A stretch of 63,909 nt of DNA, counting the filler, from Reticulomyxa filosa (taxonomy: Eukaryota; Protista; Foraminifera): the NCBI GenBank assembly GCA_000512085.1. It is 20 parts of 20 records of this genome, joined end to end, with 100 filler letters (N's around TTAATTAATTAA, not from the genome) between each part and the next. Parts side by side here need not be neighbours in the genome. Positions count along the whole stretch, not along the records: positions 1 to 1,245 come from ASPP01028929.1; positions 1,346 to 3,955 come from ASPP01026286.1; positions 4,056 to 5,544 come from ASPP01024537.1; positions 5,645 to 7,497 come from ASPP01027387.1; positions 7,598 to 9,177 come from ASPP01002621.1; positions 9,278 to 13,364 come from ASPP01004343.1; 14 more parts are not named here. One strand, written 5' to 3'. The notes under the pieces are model-generated. The model was not told where the DNA came from and searched no databases. It saw nothing but the letters and a program-made list of their open reading frames with translations. Within the stretch, counting starts at the first letter, position 1, and every line of letters starts with the position of its first letter. Shown piece by piece: positions 1 to 12,900 of the stretch. Made by a program: the position numbers and the translations under genes.

Positions 1-991
1 TTTTTTTATCATAATTTAATTTTATAAATAATTTTTTTAAATTATCATCATTATGTTTATACTTAAAAAAGATTTAAATTAATTTTTAAAAAAAAGAATT
101 GTTATTTTTTTTCTTTGATTAATATTTATATTTCATTTATGTATGTCTTTATTTGTTCAATCAATTTAATTTAACGCACAATATTAGTTTATTGCTATGT
201 TATAATGTATATCATTTGATAAGTATTTGTCAGTAAATAATTTGATAATTTTAATTGTAAAAATAAGAATTTGTATAAATATCCTTGAAAACACTTTTCT
301 TTCGAAAAAACTCAGGATTCATATAATATATGCACATATTGTTTTCTTTTAATACTATTTAGAAAAATAGTTATATTGCTAGTTTATAATTGTAAAATAC
401 TGAAATTATTTTTCTACATAATTTATATGATTGAAATTAAGGATTCATAAAACTTAAGAAAAAAGTTCTTAATATCAAGCTAGAAATATAAACATTCAAT
501 TATTTACCTAAAGAAAATGCAAAGTACATTAATTGCATCAAATGCTTTTTATAATGATACTACTACATATTCAATTTCACAAATTCAAATTATTGTAATA
601 CTAATGTGATTTACAAAAATTTAAAAATAATACAAATATTTTATTTTTGATTAAACTTTATGTATCATCAATTTCACTTTTTTCTAACTATGATAATTAG
701 AATTTAAGTATTTCAAAAATTATTATTGAATGTTCAAATTTTGTTTTCTGCAAATAATAAAGAAAAAATTTAATTATATATGTAAATAACGTTGATTTTA
801 AGGATTCGACAATAATAAAATAAATGAATCCTGAATTTTATTTTCACATTGACTCTAATATATAAATTGTTATGACTACAAGTGATATAATTGTAATTAA
901 TTAATATGAAAAAAATAATACAAGAGTAGTCTATAATAAAATTTTGCATATTTGAAATTTCGTATAATACATATTCAAATGTTATATCATA

Positions 992-1072
992 CAGTATAAA
1001 GCAAAAAAAAGTTAACTAAAATTGCACTTTATTAAAATAATCAATTTTTTCATGAATAAGCAATATACAACA
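992..1072 (+). mobile_element. Solo/degenerate terminal inverted repeat of the MITE family seen at 42520-42908
   Basis: ta|CAGTATAAAGCAAAAAAAAGTTAACTAAAATTGCACTTTATTAAAATAATCAATTTTTTCATGAA aligns by eye with the MITE TIR (ta|CAGTATAATAAAAAAGAAAGTTTACACCTAAATAGCACTTTATGAAGATGATCGATTTTCTACATGAA). It is preceded by TA. Confidence 0.65.
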
Positions 1073-1245
1073 AAAACAACATGAAGTATACATTGTAATA
1101 ATTCAAATAATGAAAGAATAATCATATCCAACTCCAGATTCATAAAAAAAAATAATTTGCCATGCAGCGTTGCGCAAATATAAACAAAAATTGAAATTAT
1201 AGTCTAACTTTATCAAAAATCAAAGTTATTTCACCGGAATTTCAC

Positions 1246-1345
1246 NNNNNNNNNNNNNNNNNNNNNNNNNNNNNNNNNNNNNNNNNNNNTTAATTAATTA
1301 ANNNNNNNNNNNNNNNNNNNNNNNNNNNNNNNNNNNNNNNNNNNN
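1246..1345. other. Artificial contig linker (N44-TTAATTAATTAA-N44); first of 19
   Basis: The same 100-nt block also starts at 3956, 5545, 7498, 9178, 13365, 16810, 20276, 25012, 26772, 39519, 40663, 51216, 53934, 55249, 57368, 58746, 60612 and 61830. TTAATTAATTAA gives stops in all six frames, and genes are truncated at these points. Confidence 0.98.
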
Positions 1346-1383
<38 letters not shown>

Positions 1384-1423
1384 TTTAAATTTTTTGTCAA
1401 AAAAAAAAAAAGGAGTGGAAAAA

Positions 1424-3450
1424 ATGGGATCCAAACAACAGTCGGGAGATGAACTGTTGCTGCGCGAAAAAGCAGAGTTGATAGCACCGATGACAGTGAT
1501 CCCAGGAGTCTTTGAGCTGTACTCGACCCGACTGCAGTTTCTTCCGGACGAAGCACATTCAGCAGAAAATGTGGCCGGGAAATGCAATACGACTGCAGCG
1601 GCAGTCAGAGACCAATCTCCAACCGTTTCGTCAACTCTCTCCGACAGTGAATCCATGCTGGTGAGTGGTGAGCATTCTTTTTCGGTTGGAGCCATTGAGA
1701 CAAGTCGTGTGTCGCATTACAAACGAAGCAATCGGAATGAAGACGAAAAGACAATCGTCCAAGATAATAATGACAATGACCAAAAAGAACAGAGCTCGAG
1801 AAATATGACCAAAGTGAGGGAATCCAAATGTGATGTCTACGTCACTGTTACAGCGTGTGGCAGTTATACGCATTTGGGAGGCAATCGTTATCGTGTCATG
1901 TCTGCTTTTCGTGACTGGCCATTGAAAGAGTTGACTCAAATGTATGGTCGGCGCTACCGACTCCGAAAATGTGCACTCGAAGTATACTTCAAAGATGACA
2001 CATCCTGGCTGTTTCAATTCTTTGAAGAGTCGACACGAGATCGTGTCATGCGAGCATTCTCGATTGCAAACCCCCACATTTATTACGTATCGCCAGTGGC
2101 ATCAGTGTTGGAAATGCAATTCTCGATGGCAACACTGGAAGTGGAATGCCTTTGCAAATGGTCGAGAGTTCACCCATCCATTGGAAATGGCGTCGTCGCG
2201 AAATAAGCAACTTTGAATATCTTATGTATTTGAATATGGTTGCAGGGAGGACATTCAACGACTTAACGCAATATCCGGTTATGCCATGGGTGTTAAAGGA
2301 TTACACCTCGGACGCCATTGACTTAAATGATACAAATGTGTACCGTGATTTGACCAAACCCGTTGGCGCACTCAATCCAAAACGCTTGGAAGCATTTGTG
2401 GAACGATACAATGGATTGTTGGGAACATCCAACCCGGACGATCCTAAAAATCCAGATAATTGGATGTATGGGACACATTATAGTAGCATTGGCATTGTCT
2501 TATACTATTTGGTGAGAATGGAGCCATTTACTACGTGCAATAAGATTATGCAAGGAGGGAAGTTGGATTGCGCGGATCGATTGTTTGATGGCGTTGCTGA
2601 GTGCTTTGATAGCTGCTTACATGTAACTGGCGATGTCAAAGAGTTGATCCCGGAATTCTATTATTCGCCAGAGTTTTTAGTCAATCGAAATAATATTGTT
2701 TTGGGAAAAAAACAAAATGGAGATATATTGTCACATGTTAAACTGCCTCCTTGGGCAAGAAAATCTGCACTCACATTTGTTGAGATTATGCGACAGGCCT
2801 TGGAAAGTGATTATGTGTCCGACAATTTGCATCATTGGATCGATTTAATCTTTGGCTATAAACAACGACTGCCCGAGGCTAGGAAGTGCTACAACTTATT
2901 TCATCCGTATACATATGAAGGCAATGTAGATATTGACGCTATTCGTGATCCAGTAGAAAAAAAAGCAACTTTGGCACAGATTGATTCATTTGGACAAACT
3001 CCTGCTCAGTTATTTGTTAGACCCCATCCGAAACGATATAATATCGATCCCAGCGCAAGTGCAAGCGCTTTTAGATTGATAAAAGATACAGAACTCAATG
3101 CAGTGGATGCGCCTCAACAAGATCAAAGTGACGACCACAAAACCGAAGGAATTCTTAAAAAAGGATGGATGCAAACGGAAGAAATGAGTGATTCTGGAAA
3201 ACATATTTGGCTGAGACGTCTTTTTATGCTACACTCCGATTTAACACTACGCTTCAATGTCACGTTAAAAGAAAAAAAAATGGAAAAAAGAATTATTGAT
3301 CTACGCCTCCTCCAAAGTTTAAAAATGATTGGGGCGTGTGGATTTGAAATTACTGTCCAAAACAAGGTGTGGAAATTTGAGCTCAAAGAAGCTGCAGATC
3401 GAGAAGAATGGATTACACATATTGATCCCATTTCTCGCTCTGTCTGTTAA
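1424..3450 (+). CDS. BEACH-domain protein, 3' part (PH-BEACH followed by a C-terminal PH domain); 5' truncated; 1-nt frameshift near 2055
   Basis: BEACH-associated PH motif RRYRLRKCALEVYF; BEACH motifs W..REISNFEYLMYLN, GRTFNDLTQYPVMPW, YGTHYSS, DVKELIPEFY, WIDLIFGYKQ, FGQTPAQLF..PHP; C-terminal KKGW...W.RRLF.L...REEWI. Adding one A at gcatt (~2055) joins the two ORFs as RDRVMRAILDCKPP. Confidence 0.92.
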
Positions 3451-4593
3451 GCATTGCTATTCGTTACAACAAAGAAATTGACTGGGTTGTAAACTACTCC
3501 AATTTCTTTCTTTTAAGATATTTTTTAAAAAAAGACAAAAATAATAAAAATGTGATTGTCAATCATTTCGAGAACAAAGTACTTGAAACATTTTCGATGA
3601 GTGATTTAGTCTCGCTTGTTCACAGAAAAGCTTGTAGTACTTTCATATTGAGATTATCCATTAGAGCAACAACAAAAAAAAAAAATCTCAATTAAACACA
3701 GATGATTATTTCCATATCGGAACAAAAAAATATAAAACACCCAAGGGTTTTTTTTATACTTTTTGCAATTGCTGCAAGTAGGCAACAACCTCGGTTCTTT
3801 GTTGTTCTTTGGCATAGTCCATTGGTGTTTTGCTCGACTATGATAAAAAAATCACATAGAGAAAACATCAGTAAAACAAGACAAAAAAAAAAATAATAAT
3901 AATAATAATGGATTGATACTTACATTATTCTTTTTTAAAAGTAAATCTTTGTTGGNNNNNNNNNNNNNNNNNNNNNNNNNNNNNNNNNNNNNNNNNNNNT
4001 TAATTAATTAANNNNNNNNNNNNNNNNNNNNNNNNNNNNNNNNNNNNNNNNNNNNTTGTGTAAATAAATTTCTTGTGTTCCTTCATGCAAAAAAAAAAAT
4101 ATATATATAGCCCCCTTCATCATCATTTTCAACTTGCTGAAAAGTTGTTTTTGGAAGGGAATTGAAGTTAGACTCAAGCATCTATCAAGTTTTGAAGTTA
4201 ATTTTGAAAATAGGTATTTGAGATTTTGAAAGATATTTACTTAGGAATTTTCCTGAAGAAAGTTATTTTATTGGAAATTTTTGTATAAATTAATTTGAAT
4301 ATTTATTTGAAACCCTTGAAGAAGGTCATTGGAAAATTGAATATTTATAAGGCTAGTTGAAGGACAATCATTTGGAGATCAAGGCACGATCAGCCTGGAC
4401 GCAAAAAAAAGCGATCCAAAGTTTTTTTTAGGAATAGCGACGTCCCCTTGCAAAATTTTTTGATCGAATATCAAGATTTTTGATAACAATGACATCACTT
4501 CCAAGAGAATCAGGAAGAAGTATGCAAACACTGCGAAAGAAAATAATAGTTTAAAGGCTTAGTGGTAAATCGGCTAGCGATTCATTATTATCA

Positions 4594-5544
4594 TTGCCTG
4601 ATAATATGCAGTCGCACAATCAAAGCGCAAGAATAGTCAATTATTCGATTAATAATGATGAAATAATGATTGACAATGCAAACAAAAGACCATCTGTCGA
4701 AATCAAACCGATTGATGTACGGAATTTGAAAAGACCAAAGCCAGATGATGACAATATTGAACGAAAGGATTTAATCAAACAAGAAACAAAAGACTCAAAT
4801 TTTACAAAGAGGCTTAATGATTGTTTCAAATCTATCCGAAAATAAGGAAGAAGAGGAACTGAACGATGAAAACATATAGGAAAGCAAGAAAAGATTACTT
4901 CTGCAAGACAAATCCATACGGTTTTTACAAGTGTGAATGGAAAAGAACTGGTGTCTCAGACACCCATTCTGAAATTCATTGGAATAAAAGAAAGTGTATT
5001 GTGAAGAAATTTAAAAAAAAATACTATATCAGATCATCGTGACGATCTGACATGTTCTAAGTGAAAATTCGTTGGAACAGGTGTGAAACTTCAAGATACT
5101 GCAGTATCTCAAAAAAGATCAAACTCGATATCGAGATATCAAGATCAAGATCTCTTAAGATGACAACTGAGCCAACCAAGCAAAATAAAAAGCGTCAACA
5201 TAAAAACTTCCAACAGTGGTATTCACATTTGCAGATCTATTGAGCATTGTCGTAAATCAAAAAACTTCAATCAAATTGTCACGAGACCTTCGAAAAAAAT
5301 TGTTAAACCATATGAACAATTATTGAAAATGACGTATACGTCCACAATCACAAAGGGTAACAAATTAGTGTTACGCCTTAACAGAAACAGTAATGTGGAT
5401 AAAGTTCAAGACACTGTGAATGATATTAATGCAGCATTATCAGGCAAACACATCATTTGTCATGTGCAGATAGTGAATTCAAGACTAAAGAAGCTGTTGT
5501 AAAGATATTGCTGATATTCAATCAGAATTGGAGAATGAAGGTCA
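4594..5544 (+). pseudogene. Decayed coding-like sequence of unknown family (possibly a retroelement ORF1 remnant)
   Basis: Protein-like stretches (MPDNMQSH...KRLNDCFKSIRK; IVTRPSKKIVKPYEQ...NDINAALSGKHIICHVQIVNSR) broken by stops and frameshifts. No diagnostic motif. Confidence 0.3.
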
Positions 5545-5819
5545 NNNNNNNNNNNNNNNNNNNNNNNNNNNNNNNNNNNNNNNNNNNNTTAATTAATTAA
5601 NNNNNNNNNNNNNNNNNNNNNNNNNNNNNNNNNNNNNNNNNNNNAGCGATCCAGCAGCTCAAACGAGCGACACACAATCAGTTAAAATATTGCATGTGAT
5701 CAACTTTGATATGAAAAAAAAAAAAAATGACAATTAAAAAAACAAACACATACGCAATGGAGGATAAAAAAGAATAGAAAAAAGTAGAAGATAAAAAAAA
5801 AGATGAAAACGAAAAAGAA

Positions 5820-7497
5820 AAGAAGACGAAGGTGGCACGATGATAGGCAATGCATTGTCACAAGTGAAGAAATTCAGCAATTGAGAATGCATTGCGTTTT
5901 TCATTTTTTTAATTATATTCTGCATCATGGCCGTTCTTAGTTGCGAAACTGACGATATTCCGTACATTCAAACCGCAGGTCATACCAATCTTTCTTTGTC
6001 TTTGTTTTCATTTAGTAACTTATATATATATATATAGTTTTTTTTTAAAAAAAAGGTTGATTTCTGATACATACTCTTGGGGGAAAAAAACAAATAGCGA
6101 TAAGAAACCGCTTGACAGCTGAGAAATACGCAGACGGATTTAATAGCAACTTTGACCGACAACTCCAAGACACAAATCAAGTGATGGATATTATAGAATT
6201 ATTTGCAGAATGTAGTGTTGACAGAGACTACTCCGAGTGGCAATAGCACTGATGAATATTATCCTTGGGACAAGCCATAGTATTGTGAGACATTCGCTTG
6301 AGACAAGTTTTTTTTTTGTCTCCACCCTTTTTTTAAATACATGTTTAAAAAAAAAAATAATGTGTGTTTTTTTTTTTGGAAAAAAAAAATTAGTTCGCAA
6401 TAAACCAAAGAGTTGCGCAATTGCGAAGGACTCATTCCCTCAATGCTGGAGAGCAACAACGGACACGTCATACTTTAACGGCAACGGTATTTCCCGACGC
6501 ACAAATACCAGTCATCGCCGGAATTGGAAGACGTGTCGTGGCGAGCGAAATATGAATCATACGAAAGAGAAGGCCATATGCAAGACTTTGCATTGAACTA
6601 CTAGCAGACAATAGCCGAAGCGCAAAACCTGCAGAGAGACGATTGGATCGATCTAAGGACGGCACTTGTGTGTATCGACTTCAATTTGCATAGCTCGACA
6701 ACCAATTGTCATACCATTGGCCGAGTTGCATTTGAAATGCCCATGGGCAGAGTGTTTCCGTACTTTGAAATCAAGTATTGGAAGTTTTTGAGATATGCGG
6801 ATAGTCAGTGTTCTGCCTTGATCGCATTGCAAATCATTTGGTCAACTTCACTGTCATCATGGCCGTTGAAATGTTTCGCGAAGGCTGTGGCTGCACAAAG
6901 ACAGGGTACTGGGGCAAAACAAGCTGGCGAATCTTGTACTTTCTTGATTACGGCTTTTTGTACGGAGCCATCTTCCTTTTCATTTACAACGAAATCTATC
7001 GTCATAAAGTAGGGCACGATTGGAAAAATATCGACAAGTATCAATCCTTTCGAAAACTATAATATCTCTTCTTGTCCGAAACTTATATCCTCGCACTCAA
7101 CAAGACTTACTCATGTTTATACTCGTCTTGGTAATATATTCTTCTTTGGATTTGGCTTCTGCGGATTTATGGCTTTTTCCAGTGATGTCGATGACTTTCG
7201 ATCATTGATATTTGCATTCTTCAATATGATTCGATTTGTGATTGGAGATGGGACATGGTGGTCTGTGTATTACGTTACATGGTCCATCTTAATGCTCTTG
7301 GTGCTGACTAATGTGTTCATTGCTATTTTGTCCGAAGCATATGGCGAAACAATTGAAGAAATGAGCGAAGAAGATAAACTGAGCTTGGTATTATTTGGAA
7401 TGCGAGGAGCTATTGCGCGAATACACAAATCTTTAAAAATATAAGAAACGTGACGCTTGCTGATTTGGATGAAGATGGAGATGGACAACTGGATGCA
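5820..7497 (+). pseudogene. Polycystin-2/TRPP-like cation channel pseudogene
   Basis: Pieces in shifting frames: IRLRQ|VR..C; WIDLRTALVCIDFNL.S...; FSSDVDDFRS; LLVLTNVFIAILSEAY; EF-hand-like DLDEDGDGQLD. Introns near 5979-6098 and 6307-6393. Multiple stops, frameshifts and internal deletions (S4 region missing). Confidence 0.85.
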
Positions 7498-7597
7498 NNN
7501 NNNNNNNNNNNNNNNNNNNNNNNNNNNNNNNNNNNNNNNNNTTAATTAATTAANNNNNNNNNNNNNNNNNNNNNNNNNNNNNNNNNNNNNNNNNNNN

Positions 7598-8725
7598 CAT
7601 CATCTTCAAATTCATCTTCATCATCTTCAAATTCATCTTCAAATTCATCTTTATCATCTTCAAATTTATCTTCATCAACTTTTCCTCTAAGTAACTTTTT
7701 ATTTGACTGAAATTTGCTTGCATACTTCAGTATACGCACAATTTCTAACATTCCATTTTCAAACGAAGCAATGTTCAGCAAAGGGTAAACTTTAATGTCG
7801 AAAACATTTTCGCTTTCATTAATTGCACTAATTTCAAGCCATACTACACGTGGGTATGCAAGTAGCATGCCAATTTTTGCACCACTCCAAACCATGTACC
7901 CAGCAATCTGAAGTATTGGGTTCAATAACTTAAATTTACTAACCTTCTTTTTAACATTAGTAAGCCTTTTTTTTTATTTTATGCATTAAGAAAAATACAT
8001 TTCGCAACAATAACAAAAAAAAATCATGCAAAAAAAAAAATATTTATTAACTTTTTGTAGCATAAACAGAACCCCTGCTTTCCCATATCATATTAAGATT
8101 TTCTTTGCTATTATCAAAGATTAACAACTTGCCAGGTAGTTTATAATCAATAGCAATAAAAGGACTCCTTAGCTCTCCTTTCCGACAAGTTTTGTCACTA
8201 AGTGACATAAGAATGTCTGGAAATACAGTGAAAGGTTTCCTTTGACTGCTATTTGATTTCACACTAGATATTGTGCAACTCAATCCAGCATATATTCTTT
8301 GATTCAATATAGCACCCAAAATAGCCTTGGCAGCGTTTAAAATGTGCGCATTTTTTCCTTCTTTTTCAGTATCGTGCACTACATTTCCCCATAAATGGCT
8401 CAATATTACAGGTAAATTATTCACATGATCACCTGTGATTTCATCATTACTACAATTATCAGATTGTTCCCATTTTCTTTCATCTGTAAATATTATATTT
8501 ACAGACTTTTTTGCTATTTTATTATATAGCCTTCTGTCTATAGGTCCAGTTGCGTTCATTTTATACGCTTTATCTTTAATTTTTTCTTTAAATACATTAT
8601 TTTGTACTGTCTTTTGCAGTAGATCTTCTAATTCTATATGTTTTTGTGATTTTTATGCTTTCTATTCAGTAAAAATACAAGTAGACAGTAAATACAAAAC
8701 TCATAGTTACTGTTTCTTGTGCCAT
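7598..8725 (-). CDS. PD-(D/E)xK restriction-endonuclease-fold protein with acidic tail; 3' truncated; start uncertain
   Basis: Motif order FPDILM...FIAIDYK...LQIAGYM....IGMLL. Intron 7966-8051 (joining needs one extra A in an A-run). DEFEDD tandem repeat at the C-terminus. Confidence 0.6.
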
Positions 8726-9959
8726 TATTGTTGTTTTTTAAAAATTATAATGAAAATATTGTGAAACAACTTTGAAATTTGCTTTACAGAAAAAAAGGAG
8801 ACTTCATTCGTCGAACGTTTTGTTAGTTTGAAATAATATATTTATGTAATTAGATTAATTTATATTCGTTGCAAAAAAGAATGTATACTTAGATTAAGAA
8901 GGTCTTTTCTTGAAAAAGAGCTCATTGAATACACACTATCTTTTCAATCAAAAAAAAAATTAATGATCCACTCTTTATTTCACATTAAATTTTCAACCAA
9001 ATGATAAATTATATTTGATATTAGTACATAGGAACACCTCCTCTCAATGTCCCTCTAGAACATAGCAGAAAGCTACAGATAATAATGACAGTTGTATTGC
9101 GAAAATCGTTGGTTTTTTTTTTGTTGGATTGTATGTACGTGTGTACGTAGTGTTGCTGGAGTTCATTGCGTTTTTCTNNNNNNNNNNNNNNNNNNNNNNN
9201 NNNNNNNNNNNNNNNNNNNNNTTAATTAATTAANNNNNNNNNNNNNNNNNNNNNNNNNNNNNNNNNNNNNNNNNNNNTGGTTTATTTTTTCAATCCATAA
9301 AAAGTTACAATAACAAATATGGCTAGCTTTGTCTCGCCAAAAAACTTTTTAAGTGGTCACTTTTTTTAATGTTTCTCTTTAAAAAAAACTACTAGTTCTA
9401 CAACATTGACACATGGTTAATCAAAATACAAGTTCTTTTCAAAAAATGAATAGCTTGCCATTTCTACTTCAACGTGTAGTCGTAATGAGTATAAAACTAA
9501 AAAAAAATCAACTTCAGAAACTTTTTGCGAAAAATCTAAAGAGATGATAAACATATCAGGTATGCTGGAGAATTGGACATTGAATTATCATTTCAAAAAA
9601 ATTCGCAAAGACTACAATTCACACCAAAATAAATTTTTGAGCAAAAATTGAGGCAAGTGTCAAATAAACATCTTGAGATCGATAACGCAACCAACTTTGG
9701 AGTTGTTTGAACTTTGCTCTTGCTTGCTGGTACCGCAACCACTTCCAATTGCTCGACATACAAGTTTTGTGTTTTTTGGAGATCTATGTTATATATTTGT
9801 GTATTGATCATACATATTTCAAATATTTTCCATTCACATTAAAAAAAGAACCCTATAACTTGGAATATAGGTTGCGTATATCAACATGAAAATAATCAGC
9901 TCACCACTTTTAAATTGTTCAATTCATCATACACCACATTACATTTGATATAAAAGTTT

Positions 9960-12900
9960 TTTTTTAATAAAAAAAAATTATACGTCATTCAAATCGCGAT
10001 ATCATGATCCATATTCGATACACGCCGTCATTAAAATCGATTTTTGTTCAATGATGAACAAAATGAATTTCATTGGAGAAATGACAGGCGCATATGTTGT
10101 AGTATGGCTCCATAGTTTGATATATTAGATTTCAATCAGCAATTCGACTACAATGTTGCCCCAATTCTTTTACTTTCATGTACTACAACAATCATCGATA
10201 CTGCTGATATTGTTGCTGTTGCTGTCACGATTCACTGCATCACCAATGGCAATGTAAGCAGCAATAACATGTCCATCTGCATTCCAAAACTTCACGTAGT
10301 GTATACTTTGAAATATCTATTCAAAAATTTGAAGCAACACATATAAATATATAATAAATACGTATAATAGTTATTTGATGTGTACATAAAAAAAATATAT
10401 ATGTACATATAAAAACTTTTTCAAGCAATGGACCCAAATGCGATTTATAATGTCCAGGTATAACATGAAAGGGGCTGGCGCACATAAATGACATACAATA
10501 ACAGCAAGTTCATTAAATCGTCCAAAATAACGAGATACTTGATGGAGCATCGCCACGGATTTAAAAGAACTCGGAAGAAGTTGGTAACATTGAAATGCTC
10601 GTCCACTATAGCGTTATCATTTCTTGTGGCGGCATTGCCAATAACAAATTCTTCCAATTCTCAAATCCGAGTGATTCGGTTCTTGGTAACCGAACGATTC
10701 GTATCCACAGCGGCGTCTTCTGTAGGAGGAGCGCACACCGAGCCAAAGTCTCTGGAATACAGAAACGGCATGCAAATATTAGCACATACACCAGTCCAGT
10801 ATCATGCAACAATCGACTAATGAAGAACATAGACTGCATTTCGTCGTCATCATCATAATATTACCATTACCACTTTGCTTGACATGTCACGCTCATCCAG
10901 TAACTTCGATTGGCGCATTATGTGAAGTCAGTCCATGTATGGGAGGGTTCAAAGTCGCCACTTGCGTGCATGAATAGTCATTCCACACCAAAAGCAGCAA
11001 AGCAGACAACGATTTTGTTATTTTTTTTTTTTTTTAATCCAACATGGTATAGACCCCACTGAATCTTGGCGTTCTCTTTCTCTTCATCATCTTCATCTTC
11101 TTGTTTGATGGCGACCTGGTTTGAGTTTCGCATTACTACTCCACCAAATTGAGCCATCGCATATTGAACGATTCTTCCAATGTCGTGGTTCGCTCGATCG
11201 CCAATGTAACAACGTATACGTCCCCTTCTTCTATTTCTTCGGTAAATCCCGTTGCTGCCGCCGTTGTGATACCGTAATGTTCATATCGTTGCCACTTTGA
11301 GTGATATCATCACGTTTTCATCTTTTTTTATCTTGGTAAACTGGATCTTGGTGCCGCCCGACTACGAAATCAAGGTTGTTCGGGATTTATTTGATGAATC
11401 TTGTCTATAGATGCTTTCCAAATACAAAGTCCATCCGTTTTCGTCGCCCTTGTGATGATAGTATTTCCAATAACGATCATGTCCGACGTTTGGACTTGCG
11501 ATTCAAGGGGGTACAATTATTATATTCTTCTTCAGTCTTGTGCGGCCGGAGGTCGTCTTGTTGTTCCGCTAACATTTCCAAACACAATTTCTTTGCTCAG
11601 ATTCTGATATCGCTATTTTATTAGCTCTTTCTTGGCGCCGTTATCGCACCGTTGGAATTGGATGACGCACTACCACTGTTTGAATCAATGGAAGAGTTCT
11701 GCGTCGTGATCTTTGTTATCGCTGTTGTTGTAGCAGTCATGCAACACCAGGAGCAGCTTGTCCAGAAAGTAGGTTTGTCATCGAACTTTGCTTTTGCGAA
11801 GCAACAAGTAACGCACTTGCTTCTTTTTTTGAACGAGATAGCAAACGTCCAACAACATTATCCACTTTCAATCACCTCCATTACATACGAACTTGCGAAA
11901 TCACTTGAAAGGGCCATGCTTTTCCCGTTACGCAAGGTATCAGGTGTATACATGCCACAAACATCTCACATAATGCTATTACTGCTACCAACCACAGTTT
12001 TTGCATCATTATCTGCATCTGTTTTTATATATACATATACACACGTATCCATTATTGTTTTTTTTTTAAATAAAAAAAAGATCTTGCATTGTGAGTAGGT
12101 ATGAACATACGTGTAAATTGTCGGATTTGTGTACCGTGTTCGTTGCTTGAAGCACAAATGAATATGATATCGCAATATAACAAATAACCAAAATATCATA
12201 AAGAAACCATTGATGTTTGTACCTATTTTTTTATTGTGCTGTGTCATGCATGTAGAGTTGCAGTTATAGATTGAATTTCATTTGAATTGCTCCTATGGTT
12301 GTTGTTCTGAAGAAGAATCATCCGCAGATACTCGTATATGCCTACGTTGACTGCAAACAAGTTTCTCCAATGTTTTGTATTGTTATTGCATTTGACATTA
12401 TCACAGTTGTCCAACAGCTTCCATTGGGGGGCGCTATAGGAAGTTCGTCCATATTGGATAATGCGCAAAATTGCCACTCGGATGCGATCCATTCCATAAC
12501 CAAACGCTACAAAGCATACATACTGTTTTTTTTTAAAAAAAACAAATCCAACGCTATTTATCCCCCCAGACTATTGGAATCCACTTTCTCCGCTTTTTCA
12601 TCTTCATTTTTGCTGGTGATCTTGGCTTGCATTTTGTATGATTCCTCCAACAAATTGAGCCACTCGCACATAGAGCAATTTTTCGGACGTCGTGATTTAC
12701 TCGTTACTATTTTCTAACAACGTCCTCGCCATCTCTTTCATTGTATTCCGCTTCTTCGGCCCGTCCAATCGCTGCTGCCTTAATGTCTATATCGTTGCCA
12801 CTTTTCACGAGATCATCATGTCTTCGTTTTCTTTTGTTTTGGCAATCTTGATTTCGTAGTCGAGCGGCACCAAGATCTAGATGGTTCGGTACTGATTTGA

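Noticed and set aside
1-990. Very AT-rich stretch as organellar DNA or an RNA gene
   Set aside because: No ORF, tRNA or rRNA signature; consistent with ordinary intergenic or decayed-repeat DNA.
11652-12098. 148-aa plus-strand ORF as a gene
   Set aside because: It runs into intron-like TA/T-rich sequence and lies antisense to the decayed minus-strand gene; no motif.
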